Assembly: GCA_963782055.1 (NCBI GenBank)
Contig: CAWAIF010000003.1
Location: 672,001-736,000, forward strand
DNA from: an uncultured delta proteobacterium
Lineage (GTDB): Bacteria; Myxococcota_A; Polyangia; Polyangiales; Polyangiaceae
Direction of reading: 5' to 3'
DNA: 64,000 nucleotides
The notes beneath the pieces are model-generated. The model made no database searches and was not told where the DNA came from. It was given only the letters and a program-made list of their open reading frames with translations. A program made the position numbers and the translations under genes. Of the stretch, positions 21,165 to 31,239 are shown in pieces; the first letter of the stretch is position 1; the number at the start of each line of letters is the position of its first letter.

Positions 21165-21884
21165 ATGAGCGGCAAGAAGACGCGCAACGCCGCCGACACT
21201 CGCCGCAAGATCCTCGACGCCGCCGAGGCGGAGTTCGCGGCCAAGGGCTTCGACGGCGCGCGGCTCGGCAGCATCGCCCGCGCGGTGGGCGTCCAGCAGG
21301 CGCTCATCCACCACTACTTCGACGACAAGGCGGGCCTCTACCACGAGGTCATCGACCGCGCGCTCGGCGCCATCACCACCGAGGGCTGGGACATCCTCGC
21401 GCGCACCGTCTCCAGCCTGCGGCCGCGCGCGCGGGCCGGCCGCAAGGGAGGTCGCGCCGCCGACCCGCCGGGCGAGGAGACGCGCGGCAAGCTCACGCGC
21501 AGGGAGATGCGCCCCCTCCTCGACGCCTTCGTGGAGATGCTCCAGCGCTTCTTCGCCGAGCACGGCCAGATCCTCGCCATCGTGCGGCACGAGGCGGGCG
21601 AGCACCGGACCACCTCGGTCGGGATGGACGTCGTGCGCACGCGCGTGAAGCCGGTCGTGGACGGCGTGGTGGCCTACCTCGAGGCGCTCCAGGGTGGCGG
21701 CGAGCTGCGCGCCGACGTGGACGTCCGTCACCTCTGCGTCTTCGCCCTGGGCTCGGTCGCCTTCCCCTTCCTGGAGGCGCCGCTCATGACCACCGTCTGG
21801 CCGATGAACGTGCGCGACGCCGACTTCCGCGACGCGGCCCGGCGGGAGATCGTCGAGACGCTCCTCTCGCGGCTGCTGCCGTGA
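21165..21884 (+). CDS. TetR/AcrR family transcriptional regulator
   Basis: ILDAAEAEFAAKGFDGARLGSIARAVGV..ALIHHYF..K HTH. Confidence 0.92.
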   Translation: MSGKKTRNAADTRRKILDAAEAEFAAKGFDGARLGSIARAVGVQQALIHHYFDDKAGLYHEVIDRALGAITTEGWDILARTVSSLRPRARAGRKGGRAADPPGEETRGKLTRREMRPLLDAFVEMLQRFFAEHGQILAIVRHEAGEHRTTSVGMDVVRTRVKPVVDGVVAYLEALQGGGELRADVDVRHLCVFALGSVAFPFLEAPLMTTVWPMNVRDADFRDAARREIVETLLSRLLP

Positions 21885-21891
21885 GGTGCCG

Positions 21892-22800
<909 letters not shown>

Positions 22801-22927
22801 GCCTCTGAGCCTAATCGCCGGTGTGTCAGGAATTGGTCATGGTCCCGCCATCCTTCGACCAGTGACCCGGTAAAACCGGGACCGGAAGGCCCTTGCCGAG
22901 CCGCGGACCATGGGCGATCCTGCGCGG

Positions 22928-24064
22928 ATGCGCCTCTCTTCCTGGGCCTGGCTCCTCCTGGCTGGGGCGGCTGCCGCGGTCGGCGTCGCGGTCACGAGCT
23001 GCGCCAACGGCATCGTCGTGGACGACGGAGCGGACGCCAGCACGAGCGAAGCCGGGCTGGACGCCTCGGGGTGCCCCGACGCCGACCTCGCCACCGACCC
23101 CAAGCACTGCGGCGGCTGCAACATCGTCTGCCAGCAAGACGAGGTGTGCTCCGGGGCTGCTTGCAAGAAGCAGTGCGACGCGCCGCTGGTGAAGTGCCCG
23201 AGCGTGCAGACCTGCGTCGACCTCAAGACCGACACCGACCACTGCGGCACGTGCGCGACGATATGCCCCGCGGTCTCCGATGGCGGCGGGATCCCCCCGG
23301 GCACCAACAACCCCGACGCCGGCATCCCCTTCGACGGTGGCTTTGACGCCGGACCCGGCTGGAGCGTCGGCTCCCCCGCGTGCGAGGCGGGCACGTGCGC
23401 CATCGCCTGCCCGCCCGGGATGACCGCCTGCTCCGACGGCGTCTGTTACGACACGCAGAACCACCACGATCACTGCGGCGACTGCAGCACCGCCTGCGCC
23501 GCCGACACCGAGTGGTGCTCGAGCGGCAAGTGCTGCCCCGTCGGGCAGCTCCCCTGCAACGGCGTCTGCACCGATGTCCTGGGCGATCCCAACAACTGCG
23601 GCGCGTGCGGCAACGTCTGCCAGGGACAGAACGGCTACTGCGGCGGCGGCGTGTGCGGGACCGGCGTCATCTACACCGAGAACTTCCCGAACGGCACGCT
23701 CTCCAGCAGCAGCCAGCAGTGCCTGGACTGGAACACCTTCCGCGGGAAGCTGACGGGCACCTTCACCGGCATCAAGATCACCGGGACCAACGATCAGGTC
23801 GGCATCAGCTGCACCGGCTCGAGCGCCAACACCATCTGCCAGGCGCTGCACAACAACACCACGGTGTCCGTCGCCTGCAACGGCCACACCTGGCAGACCG
23901 GCCCGTGCGGCAACGGGCAGGAGCTGAGCGCCGACGGCACCACCTGCCAGTGCGACAACCCCGGCTACATCGTCCGGCCGTGCATCAACAACCTGAACTG
24001 GGGCGGCGTGAACACCAACACCTGCGGCGCCCCCACCCAGACGATGACGGTCACCTGCTACTGA
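22928..24064 (+). CDS. Cys-rich secreted/lipoprotein with D..HCG.C (Stig1-like) repeats and a distinct C-terminal domain
   Basis: Four HCG/NCG.C repeats; lipobox-like VTSC; C-terminal RPCINNLNWGG domain. Confidence 0.75.
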   Translation: MRLSSWAWLLLAGAAAAVGVAVTSCANGIVVDDGADASTSEAGLDASGCPDADLATDPKHCGGCNIVCQQDEVCSGAACKKQCDAPLVKCPSVQTCVDLKTDTDHCGTCATICPAVSDGGGIPPGTNNPDAGIPFDGGFDAGPGWSVGSPACEAGTCAIACPPGMTACSDGVCYDTQNHHDHCGDCSTACAADTEWCSSGKCCPVGQLPCNGVCTDVLGDPNNCGACGNVCQGQNGYCGGGVCGTGVIYTENFPNGTLSSSSQQCLDWNTFRGKLTGTFTGIKITGTNDQVGISCTGSSANTICQALHNNTTVSVACNGHTWQTGPCGNGQELSADGTTCQCDNPGYIVRPCINNLNWGGVNTNTCGAPTQTMTVTCY

Positions 24065-24074
24065 GGTCCGGCCG

Positions 24075-25508
24075 TCACTTCTTCGCGGGCAGCGCGCGCC
24101 ACGCGTCGCCGTAGTAGCCGCCCGGGTTCCACATGATCCAGCCGGTGCCGCCGCCGTTGCCGGCCTCCACCGTCTCCTGCGCGAGGTACTTCGGCCCGTA
24201 CTCCGGCGAGCGCCAGAAGAAGGCCTGCAGCCAGGGGCGCACCAGCGTCTTGGTCGCGCCCGCCGCCTTCAGCTTCCCCATCGCCGCCTTGGTGCCGATG
24301 GCGACGATCTCCGGGTGGTTGCCGGGGATCGCCCAGCCGTAGAAGCCCGTGCCGTAGTGCGAGGGGTAGACCATCGGCATCAGCACCTCGACCTCCGGGC
24401 CGAGCTTGGCGATGTCCTGCCCCAGGCGCTCCACGTCCTGCCGCGTGCCGATGGCGGTGACACCGAAGATGTCGACGGAGAGCGGCACGTGCGCGGCCTG
24501 CGTGATCTCGTGCACGTGGTGGACGAAGTCGGTGATGACGCCGATGCGCGTGCGCCCGGTGTCCTTGAGGTGGAAGTCGGCGTTGCCCAGCCCGTGCTGC
24601 ACCGGGTAGCGCACGTAGTCCAGGTTCACCTCGTCCGCGCCCTGGGCGATGACCTCGTGCACCAGGTCGAAGATGTACTTCTGCGTCTTGGCGTCGCCGG
24701 GGTCCAGCCAGCCGATGGGGTAGGGGCCGCCCCAGTAGCCCTTGACCGAGAGCTCCGGCGCCGCCCTGGCGGCGAGCGGATCGTGGAAGCAGGAGACGCG
24801 CACCGAGACGCGGATGCCGTGCTTGTGCGCGAAGTGGATGGTGCGCGCGAGGTCGGCGATGGGGGCGCCCTTGATCGCCTTCGTCCGGACCGCCACGTCC
24901 ACCTTCGACGGGTAGGTCACGTCGCCCATGTAGGCCTTGCCGTCCAGGATGACCGCGTTCATCCCGCGCGCGGCGAGGTGATCCATGGTGCTCTCCCAGC
25001 TCCCCAGCGCGTCGCGCCCGCCGAGGTAGACGCCGCGGAGCGCCTTGTCGTCGGGCCACGCCATCCGGTCGTCCGCGGGGGAGGGGACGGGGGCGGTGAC
25101 GACGTCGGGGATGACGATGGTCTTGCCGGGGGCGATGACGTGGTTCTTCTTCTGGATGTCCTTGGCCAGGGCGCTGGCGAGGTAGACGTCGCTCACCTCC
25201 AGGTACGCCCTGGCGATGCTCACGGCCGTCTCCTTCTTCGCCACGTCGTGCGTCACCACCAGCGCGCCCGAGGCGTCGCGCGCGGCGTGGCCGCCGGCGG
25301 GGAGGTGCGCGCGGACGAAGTCGAGCAGCGCGTCGCGGGCGGGTGCCTCCGGTGCCTTGGACGCGGGCGGCTCGACCGGGGTGGCCGGCGGCGTCGTGCG
25401 CGTCGCCACGTTCTGCTCGAGGTGAGCGACCGGCGCGGGGGACGAGGCCGGAGGGGCCGCGCAGGAGAGGAGGACGGCGGAGACGGCGACGAGGCTTCGG
25501 ATCGGCAT
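24075..25508 (-). CDS. Putative glycoside hydrolase (DUF4015-like TIM barrel) lipoprotein with LysM-like segment
   Basis: WLDP, GADEVNLDYVRYP, PMVYPSHY, RPWLQAF, WNP; lipobox LLSC; THDVAKKETAVSIA resembles a LysM start. Confidence 0.78.
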   Translation of the reverse strand: MPIRSLVAVSAVLLSCAAPPASSPAPVAHLEQNVATRTTPPATPVEPPASKAPEAPARDALLDFVRAHLPAGGHAARDASGALVVTHDVAKKETAVSIARAYLEVSDVYLASALAKDIQKKNHVIAPGKTIVIPDVVTAPVPSPADDRMAWPDDKALRGVYLGGRDALGSWESTMDHLAARGMNAVILDGKAYMGDVTYPSKVDVAVRTKAIKGAPIADLARTIHFAHKHGIRVSVRVSCFHDPLAARAAPELSVKGYWGGPYPIGWLDPGDAKTQKYIFDLVHEVIAQGADEVNLDYVRYPVQHGLGNADFHLKDTGRTRIGVITDFVHHVHEITQAAHVPLSVDIFGVTAIGTRQDVERLGQDIAKLGPEVEVLMPMVYPSHYGTGFYGWAIPGNHPEIVAIGTKAAMGKLKAAGATKTLVRPWLQAFFWRSPEYGPKYLAQETVEAGNGGGTGWIMWNPGGYYGDAWRALPAKK

Positions 25509-25595
25509 GGGAAGGGACCCCCTTGGGCTGGCCGTGCGAGCTTGCCCGTCGCCGCGCGGAGCGGCCAACTTTGCGGCGTCAGAACCGTTGACGGG

Positions 25596-26645
25596 TCAAC
25601 GATAGGCGGCGAGCTCGCGACCCACGTGCCACGCCGTCAGCGGGCCGCGGTAGACGAAGCCGGTGTAGAGCTGGACGAGGTCCGCCCCGGCGTCGAGCAG
25701 CGCGCGCGCGTGCTCCCCGCGCTCCACGCCCCCCACTCCGATGACCGTCGCCTTCGGGAGCGCGGCGCGCACCCGGCCGACGACCTCCAGCGCCCGCGCG
25801 CGCAGCGGCGCGCCGCTCAGGCCGCCCGCGCCGATCGCCTCCACCCGCGCGGCCGGGGTCTGCAGGCCTGATCTGCCGATGGTGGTGTTGGTCGCCACCA
25901 CGCCGTCCAGGCCCACCTCTGCCACCACCGCGCAGAGCGCGTCCAGGTCGGCGTCCCCGAGATCGGGCGCCACCTTCACCAGGAGCGGCTTGCGCGTCCC
26001 GCCGCCGCGGTTCTCCGCTTCCAGCGCGCCGAGCAGCGCCCGCGCGAGCGCCGCGCCCTGGATGGCGCGCAGGTCCCTGGTGTTCGGCGAGCTCACGTTC
26101 ACCACGACGAAGTCGGCGACCGGCCGCACCGCCCGGTAGGATTGCATGTAATCCGCAACTACCGGCGCGAGGTCCTCGCTCACCGGGACCGCCCGCGACT
26201 TGCCGATGGAGAAGCCCACCGGCACCCCAACCGCCAACGAGCCCCCGCGCGCGTCGAACCGCGCCGCCGCCGCCGCCGCGCCATGGTTGGGGAAGCCCAG
26301 CCGGTTGACGATCGCGCGGTCGGCCGGCAACCGGAAGAGGTTGGGCCGCGGGTTCTCCGCCTGCGCGAGCGCGGTCACCGTCCCCAGCTCCAGGAAGCCG
26401 AAGCCCAGCGCCGCCAGCGCGCGCGCGCGTCGGGCGTCCTTGTCGAACCCTCCGGCGAGGCCGATGGGCGAGGGGAAGTCGATCCCCATCGCCCGCGTCC
26501 GGAGCCCCGCGCTCGGCGAAGCGAACGCGCGCGTGAGCGCCCGCAGGGGGGCGAGGTGCTCCAGCGGCCAGAGCGCCGCCATCCCCAGCGCGTGGGCGAG
26601 CGCGGGGTCGAGCCGGAAGAGGAGGGGACGGACGAGCGCGTACAC
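25596..26645 (-). CDS. pyrD: Quinone-dependent dihydroorotate dehydrogenase
   Basis: GLAGGFDK, NRLGFPN, NVSSPNT, VKVAPD, ATNTT, GGLSG, QLYTG. Confidence 0.95.
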   Translation of the reverse strand: MYALVRPLLFRLDPALAHALGMAALWPLEHLAPLRALTRAFASPSAGLRTRAMGIDFPSPIGLAGGFDKDARRARALAALGFGFLELGTVTALAQAENPRPNLFRLPADRAIVNRLGFPNHGAAAAAARFDARGGSLAVGVPVGFSIGKSRAVPVSEDLAPVVADYMQSYRAVRPVADFVVVNVSSPNTRDLRAIQGAALARALLGALEAENRGGGTRKPLLVKVAPDLGDADLDALCAVVAEVGLDGVVATNTTIGRSGLQTPAARVEAIGAGGLSGAPLRARALEVVGRVRAALPKATVIGVGGVERGEHARALLDAGADLVQLYTGFVYRGPLTAWHVGRELAAYR

Positions 26646-26701
26646 CCGCCGCCGAGGGCTACCACCTTTTGGCGCCTCGGCCGTGGTAGAATCGGCGACT
26701 C

Positions 26702-27082
26702 ATGCGGGCTTTTCTGGGGATCGGGCTGGGGCTCCTGCTGCTCGCGGCCTGCAGCGACGGCGGCGCGGGACCGTCGGACGCCGGGCCGTCGTCCGTCAAC
26801 GGCTGCGGCGACGCCGACTACGTGACCGGCCAGACCGCCATCGACTGGACCTTCGCCGTCAACCCACGCTGCGTCGAGATCCACGCGGGCGACTCTGTCA
26901 CCTGGAACGGCGACTTCACCCTCCACCCCCTCGCCGCATCCGGCGGCGACACGCCCAGCCCCATCGAGGGCGTCACCAACACCGGCACCACCAAGACCTT
27001 CACCTTCAACGATCCCGGCACCTTCGGTTTCCACTGCCTCAATCACGCCAGCATGATCGGGGCCGTGCGCGTCCTACCCTGA
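26702..27082 (+). CDS. Plastocyanin/azurin-like cupredoxin lipoprotein 1
   Basis: Lipobox LAAC; His (HPL) and C-x2-H-x2-M type-1 Cu ligands (FHCLNHASM). Confidence 0.85.
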   Translation: MRAFLGIGLGLLLLAACSDGGAGPSDAGPSSVNGCGDADYVTGQTAIDWTFAVNPRCVEIHAGDSVTWNGDFTLHPLAASGGDTPSPIEGVTNTGTTKTFTFNDPGTFGFHCLNHASMIGAVRVLP

Positions 27083-27102
27083 CCCTCTCAAAGGAGTTTC
27101 CC

Positions 27103-27660
27103 ATGCGTCGCATCTTGCTTGTCTCCGCCTTCCTCCTTGGCTCTGCCGCGCTCGCCCTCGGCTGCAGCGGCGACGACTCCAGCACCGACGGCGGTACCAG
27201 TGACTCCGGCGGCGGCAACGACTCGGGGGGCAACGACTCCGGCACGGTGGACTCCGGCGGCGGCGACTCCGGCATGGTGGACTCCGGCGGTGGCGACTCC
27301 GGCACGACCGACTCCGGCGCGCAGGACGCTGGCTACGACGGCGGGACCGTCAACGCCTGCACCACCTTCACGGTGAAGACCAAGCCGAACGACACCCGCC
27401 AGATCACCTTCCCGAACGGCGCGTCGCCGGCGCAGTACAGCCCGGCGTGTCTGGAGATCAAGTCGGGCCAGTCGGTCACCTGGTCGGGCTCCTTCTCCAA
27501 CCACCCGCTCGAGCCGGGCGGCGGCACCTCCAACTCGCCCATCCAGGTGACGAGCAACGGATCGACGGTGACCTTCACCTTCCCCAACGCGGGCACCTAC
27601 GGCTTCAACTGCGGCATCCACCCCGGCATCATGTTCGGCGCGGTGCACGTCATTCCCTGA
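27103..27660 (+). CDS. Plastocyanin/azurin-like cupredoxin lipoprotein 2 with DSG-repeat linker
   Basis: AAGGAG SD; lipobox ALGC; HPL and FNCGIHPGIM ligands. Confidence 0.87.
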   Translation: MRRILLVSAFLLGSAALALGCSGDDSSTDGGTSDSGGGNDSGGNDSGTVDSGGGDSGMVDSGGGDSGTTDSGAQDAGYDGGTVNACTTFTVKTKPNDTRQITFPNGASPAQYSPACLEIKSGQSVTWSGSFSNHPLEPGGGTSNSPIQVTSNGSTVTFTFPNAGTYGFNCGIHPGIMFGAVHVIP

Positions 27661-27662
27661 GA

Positions 27663-28174
27663 GGAGGTGAACTTCGTTCACCTCCCTCTCAGGACGGGTC
27701 GCAAGGGGCGGCACGCGCCGCCCCTCCCCGCCCAAGTGAATTGGGCGGGTCCCCTCCCCACGCGGGCCCTCCGCTGCGCGTCGGGCGAGCGGAGGTGAAC
27801 TTCGTTCACCTCCCTCTCAGGACGGGTCGCAAGGGGCGGCACGCGCCGCCCCTCCCCGCCCAAGTGAATTGGGCGGGTCCCCTCCCCACGCGGGCCCTCC
27901 GCTGCGCGTCGGGCGAGCGGAGGTGAACTTCGTTCACCTCCCTCTCAGGACGGGTCGCAAGGGGCGGCACGCGCCGCCCCTCCCCGCCCAAGTGAATTGG
28001 GCGGGTCCCCTCCCCACGCGGGCCCTCCGCTGCGCGTCGGGCGAGCGGAGGTGAACTTCGTTCACCTCCCACTCAGGACGGGTCGCAAGGGGCGGCACGC
28101 GCCGCCCCTCCCCGCCCAAGTGAATTGGGCGGGTCCCCTCCCCACGCGGGCCCTCCGCTGCGCGTCGGGCGAGC
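27663..28174. repeat. Intergenic tandem array: 4 x 128-bp multi-hairpin unit (REP/BIME-like)
   Basis: Units start at 27663, 27791, 27919 and 28047; identical except T>A at 28071; no unique spacers. Confidence 0.95.
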
Positions 28175-28239
28175 ATGGCCGCGTTGGAGGACCCCCGGTC
28201 GGTTGCGCTCCGGGGGGAGGCCGGTATGGTTTCCGGACC

Positions 28240-29322
28240 ATGCTGCCTCCCCCGCCCGGCATCACCCGCCTCACCGACCTGGACGACGCCTGGCAGACCC
28301 ACGGCGCTGGTCCCCGCCACCGGGCCGTGCGCCTCGGCGCCGAGCGGGTGCGTGAGCGCTTCGCCGGCGGGCCGCGCTGCGTGGCGGTGAAGACCCTGCC
28401 GCTCACCACCGCGCCGTACCCCACCAAGTACGCCTTCCGCGGGGCGGCGCTCTCCCCGGTGCCGCTGGTCAGCTTCACCCACCGCTGCCTGCTGGTGCAG
28501 TTCTTCCAGCGCGGAGAGCTCCGGACCCTCCTCTTCAACCCGACCGACATCGAGGCGGCGCGCAAGACCCCGTACTTCGCGCGCATCGCCGAGAAGTACG
28601 CTCGCTTCGAGCCGCTGCTGCAGAAGCGCTTCGAGACGCTGGAGGCGCAGCTCGGGGCGCTGGGCATCAAGAACGCGGACGTCGACTACATCGCCTTCGA
28701 CCACTTCCACACCCAGGACCTGCGCGCGCAGCTCGGCACCGAGGACGAGCGCTACAAGACGCGCTTCCCCAACGCGACGCTGCTCGCCCCCAGGTGCGAG
28801 TGGGACGACTGGGACGACCTGCACCCGATGCAGCGCGCGTGGTTCGTGGACGACGGCAAGCGCGGCGTGAAGATGGGCAAGGTCGCCTTCACCGACGGCG
28901 ATCTGGCGCTGGGCGACGGCGTGATGCTCCTGCGCACGCCCGGGCACACCAGCGGCAACCAGACCCTCTTCGTCAGCACCGAGGGCGGCGTGTGGGGGAC
29001 CAGCGAGAACGGCACCTGCGCCGACTGCTGGACGCCGCTGGAGAGCCGCGTCCCCGGCGTGGCGACCTCGTGCCGGCGGGAGGACCTGGAGGTGCTCATC
29101 AACAGCAACACCCCCGAGTCCGGCGCGGACCAGCACACGTCGATGGTGCTGGAGAAGACCATCGTCGACCGCGTGAAGGGCAACCCCGGCTTCTGCCAGA
29201 TGTTCCCCTCCACCGAGGTGACGCCTTCGCCCATCGCGCCGGGCCTGTCGCCGACGTGGCTGCACCGGGAGATCGCGCACGGCGAGGTGGTGCGCCCGGT
29301 CCGGAAGGCGAGCGCGGCGTGA
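28240..29322 (+). CDS. Metallo-beta-lactamase-fold protein with divergent motif
   Basis: DYIAFDHFHTQD (HxHxxD variant), FPNATL, TPGHTSGNQ; TATGGT 9 nt upstream. Confidence 0.78.
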   Translation: MLPPPPGITRLTDLDDAWQTHGAGPRHRAVRLGAERVRERFAGGPRCVAVKTLPLTTAPYPTKYAFRGAALSPVPLVSFTHRCLLVQFFQRGELRTLLFNPTDIEAARKTPYFARIAEKYARFEPLLQKRFETLEAQLGALGIKNADVDYIAFDHFHTQDLRAQLGTEDERYKTRFPNATLLAPRCEWDDWDDLHPMQRAWFVDDGKRGVKMGKVAFTDGDLALGDGVMLLRTPGHTSGNQTLFVSTEGGVWGTSENGTCADCWTPLESRVPGVATSCRREDLEVLINSNTPESGADQHTSMVLEKTIVDRVKGNPGFCQMFPSTEVTPSPIAPGLSPTWLHREIAHGEVVRPVRKASAA

Positions 29323-29416
29323 CGCGCGGCGGCCTGTTCTTCCCGGCCTGGGGCGACAACATGGTCGACTACCAGAACGGCCAGACGCAGGTCTTTGCGC
29401 CACAGTGGGCGCTTCC

Positions 29417-29746
29417 ATGAGCGGGAGGCTGGAGCGGGTCGTGCTCGCGTCGGCAGTCGGCGCCGGCTTGATCGCGGCATGTGGCGGCCGCACGTCCCTC
29501 GGGGGAGGGCTCGCGGGCGATGTCCCCGTCGATGGCGGGACGCGTGACGCGGCCGACGGCGCCGCCGGTGGCGGGGAGTTCTGTGACTTCGTGCTGGGCC
29601 CGATGAGCCGGGCAATCCCCGGCCACTACGTATTCCAGTGTGAGGTGGGTCAGCAGTGTGTGTGGGGAACCTGCGGCGATCGGTCGGGCTTCGACTGCTG
29701 CCCGGTGGCCAACATTCGCAACCACGAGTGTCTCGAGTGTCAGTGA
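29417..29746 (+). CDS. Small Cys-rich lipoprotein
   Basis: Lipobox IAAC-GGRT; DGG/DAAD linker; Cys-rich C-terminus; ATGA/GTGA overlaps on both sides. Confidence 0.6.
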   Translation: MSGRLERVVLASAVGAGLIAACGGRTSLGGGLAGDVPVDGGTRDAADGAAGGGEFCDFVLGPMSRAIPGHYVFQCEVGQQCVWGTCGDRSGFDCCPVANIRNHECLECQ

Positions 29747-30891
29747 CGCCGCTCTTGCGCCGTGCCACGCTCGTCCTGGGGCTCTTCTTCCCCGGCGTGG
29801 CAGGGTACCTGCTGGGTTGCGGCGGAGGACGGCAGGGTGCCGCTGACGCCAGCGTGCCGACAGGGACCGAGACCCCCCCCACACGCGACACCATGACGTT
29901 TGCCTTCGACCACATCTTCCTCGGCGACGCGTTGCCCGGCTTGCCAACTTCTCCCACGGCATGGGAGAAGTTCGGACACGACCGGGATCATCGCTGGACG
30001 AAGGCGGGCTCCACCGACGTCTGCACGCCCTGGCCTGGCGCTCCGCCGGACAACCAGGTAGACGCCGAGAATGGTGTGGACAATGCGTTCGGGAAGCTTG
30101 TGGTGCCTGCGGTGCAGCAGGTACTCGGTCTTACAGACCTTTCCGCCTCTATCACGGATGCGACCCTTGCGCTGGGGGTCTTCGCGCTTCAGCTTCGTGT
30201 GACCGGCCTGTCCTCGGATTCCAGACAGCTCTCTTTCGGACTGGTTGCCGACCTCTTCACGTCTGGAGAGTACCAGCAGGATGGCAGCGTGAACCCCGCC
30301 TTCGACACCACGACGGACTGGCCCGTCCTTCCCGACCTGCTCGTGGATCCGAACGATCTCTCCAAGGGCTCCCAGGATCATTTCGGCGACGCGTACATCG
30401 CCGGCGGCGCCTTCACCACGAGCGACGTCGTGTGGACCAATCCGGAGCCGCCGATCGCGATCGACCTGGTGTTCTCGGGCGTGCCCGTGAGCCTCACGAT
30501 CCATAACCCGCTGATCACGTTCGACCACTCGTCGCCGAGCACCGCGACGAACGGCATGATCGCCGGCGTGTTCGAGACGGCGCAGGTCCTCTCCGCCCTT
30601 CGCGCCATCTTTGGCCTGGCATCGCCGAGCCTCTGCGGCTCCACGTGGGACCAGGTGGCGACGCAGGTAGAGCAGGCGTCGGACATGCTGAGCGACGGCA
30701 CCAACGCGCCGGGGCAGCCGTGCGATGGCATCTCCTTCGGCATCGGGTTCACCGCGAGACAGATCGCCAACCCGACGCGCGTCGCGCCCCCTCACCCGGA
30801 CGCGGGCGACCCGTGCACGTGGGACGCGGGCACCGACGGGGGAGACGCGGGGACCGGAGAAGGCGGCGCGGCGGACGCCGGAGGGGACTGA
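29743..30891 (+). CDS. Hypothetical lipoprotein
   Basis: GTG overlapping the upstream stop; lipobox LLGC; NGVDNAFG and CDGISFGIGF motifs; DAG-rich tail. Confidence 0.75.
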   Translation: MTPLLRRATLVLGLFFPGVAGYLLGCGGGRQGAADASVPTGTETPPTRDTMTFAFDHIFLGDALPGLPTSPTAWEKFGHDRDHRWTKAGSTDVCTPWPGAPPDNQVDAENGVDNAFGKLVVPAVQQVLGLTDLSASITDATLALGVFALQLRVTGLSSDSRQLSFGLVADLFTSGEYQQDGSVNPAFDTTTDWPVLPDLLVDPNDLSKGSQDHFGDAYIAGGAFTTSDVVWTNPEPPIAIDLVFSGVPVSLTIHNPLITFDHSSPSTATNGMIAGVFETAQVLSALRAIFGLASPSLCGSTWDQVATQVEQASDMLSDGTNAPGQPCDGISFGIGFTARQIANPTRVAPPHPDAGDPCTWDAGTDGGDAGTGEGGAADAGGD

Positions 30892-30898
30892 GCCCCCG

Positions 30899-31207
30899 CT
30901 ACTTGATGACTTCCGGCTTCGGGGGCGCCATCCGCACCGACGGGTGAGCCGGTTGATGGGTCAACCAGTAGCCGGACAGGATCAGGATCACCACCAGGGC
31001 GATGCCGAGCAGCGCCTTCTGCACGGCGTCCGGCCCGGTCCGGGACACCAGGTCTCTCGCCGCCTCGCGCACTGCCTCGGGCTTGCCCTCCACGTCCAGC
31101 CTGGCCGCGCCGTCCCGCACCGCCCTGTAGTTCCCGGCGTCGAAGGACTCGAGCATGGCGTCCAGGTCGGGATCCTCGGGGTACGTCTCGGCGAAGCGGG
31201 GGCGCAT
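30899..31207 (-). CDS. Small membrane protein
   Basis: FDAGNYRAVR..A helical segment followed by one TM helix. Confidence 0.65.
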   Translation of the reverse strand: MRPRFAETYPEDPDLDAMLESFDAGNYRAVRDGAARLDVEGKPEAVREAARDLVSRTGPDAVQKALLGIALVVILILSGYWLTHQPAHPSVRMAPPKPEVIK

Positions 31208-31239
31208 GGAGCAGACCATGGAGTAGACTTCTTTCCGCC

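Noticed and set aside
27663..28174. CRISPR array
   Set aside because: Units are identical along their full 128 bp with no unique spacers, and there are no cas genes in the window
27678..28239. Short ORFs and N-terminal extensions (MGGSPPHAG..., MGGEGRRVP...) in the repeat
   Set aside because: Products of the non-triplet repeat cycling through frames; the MBL gene has a better start at 28240
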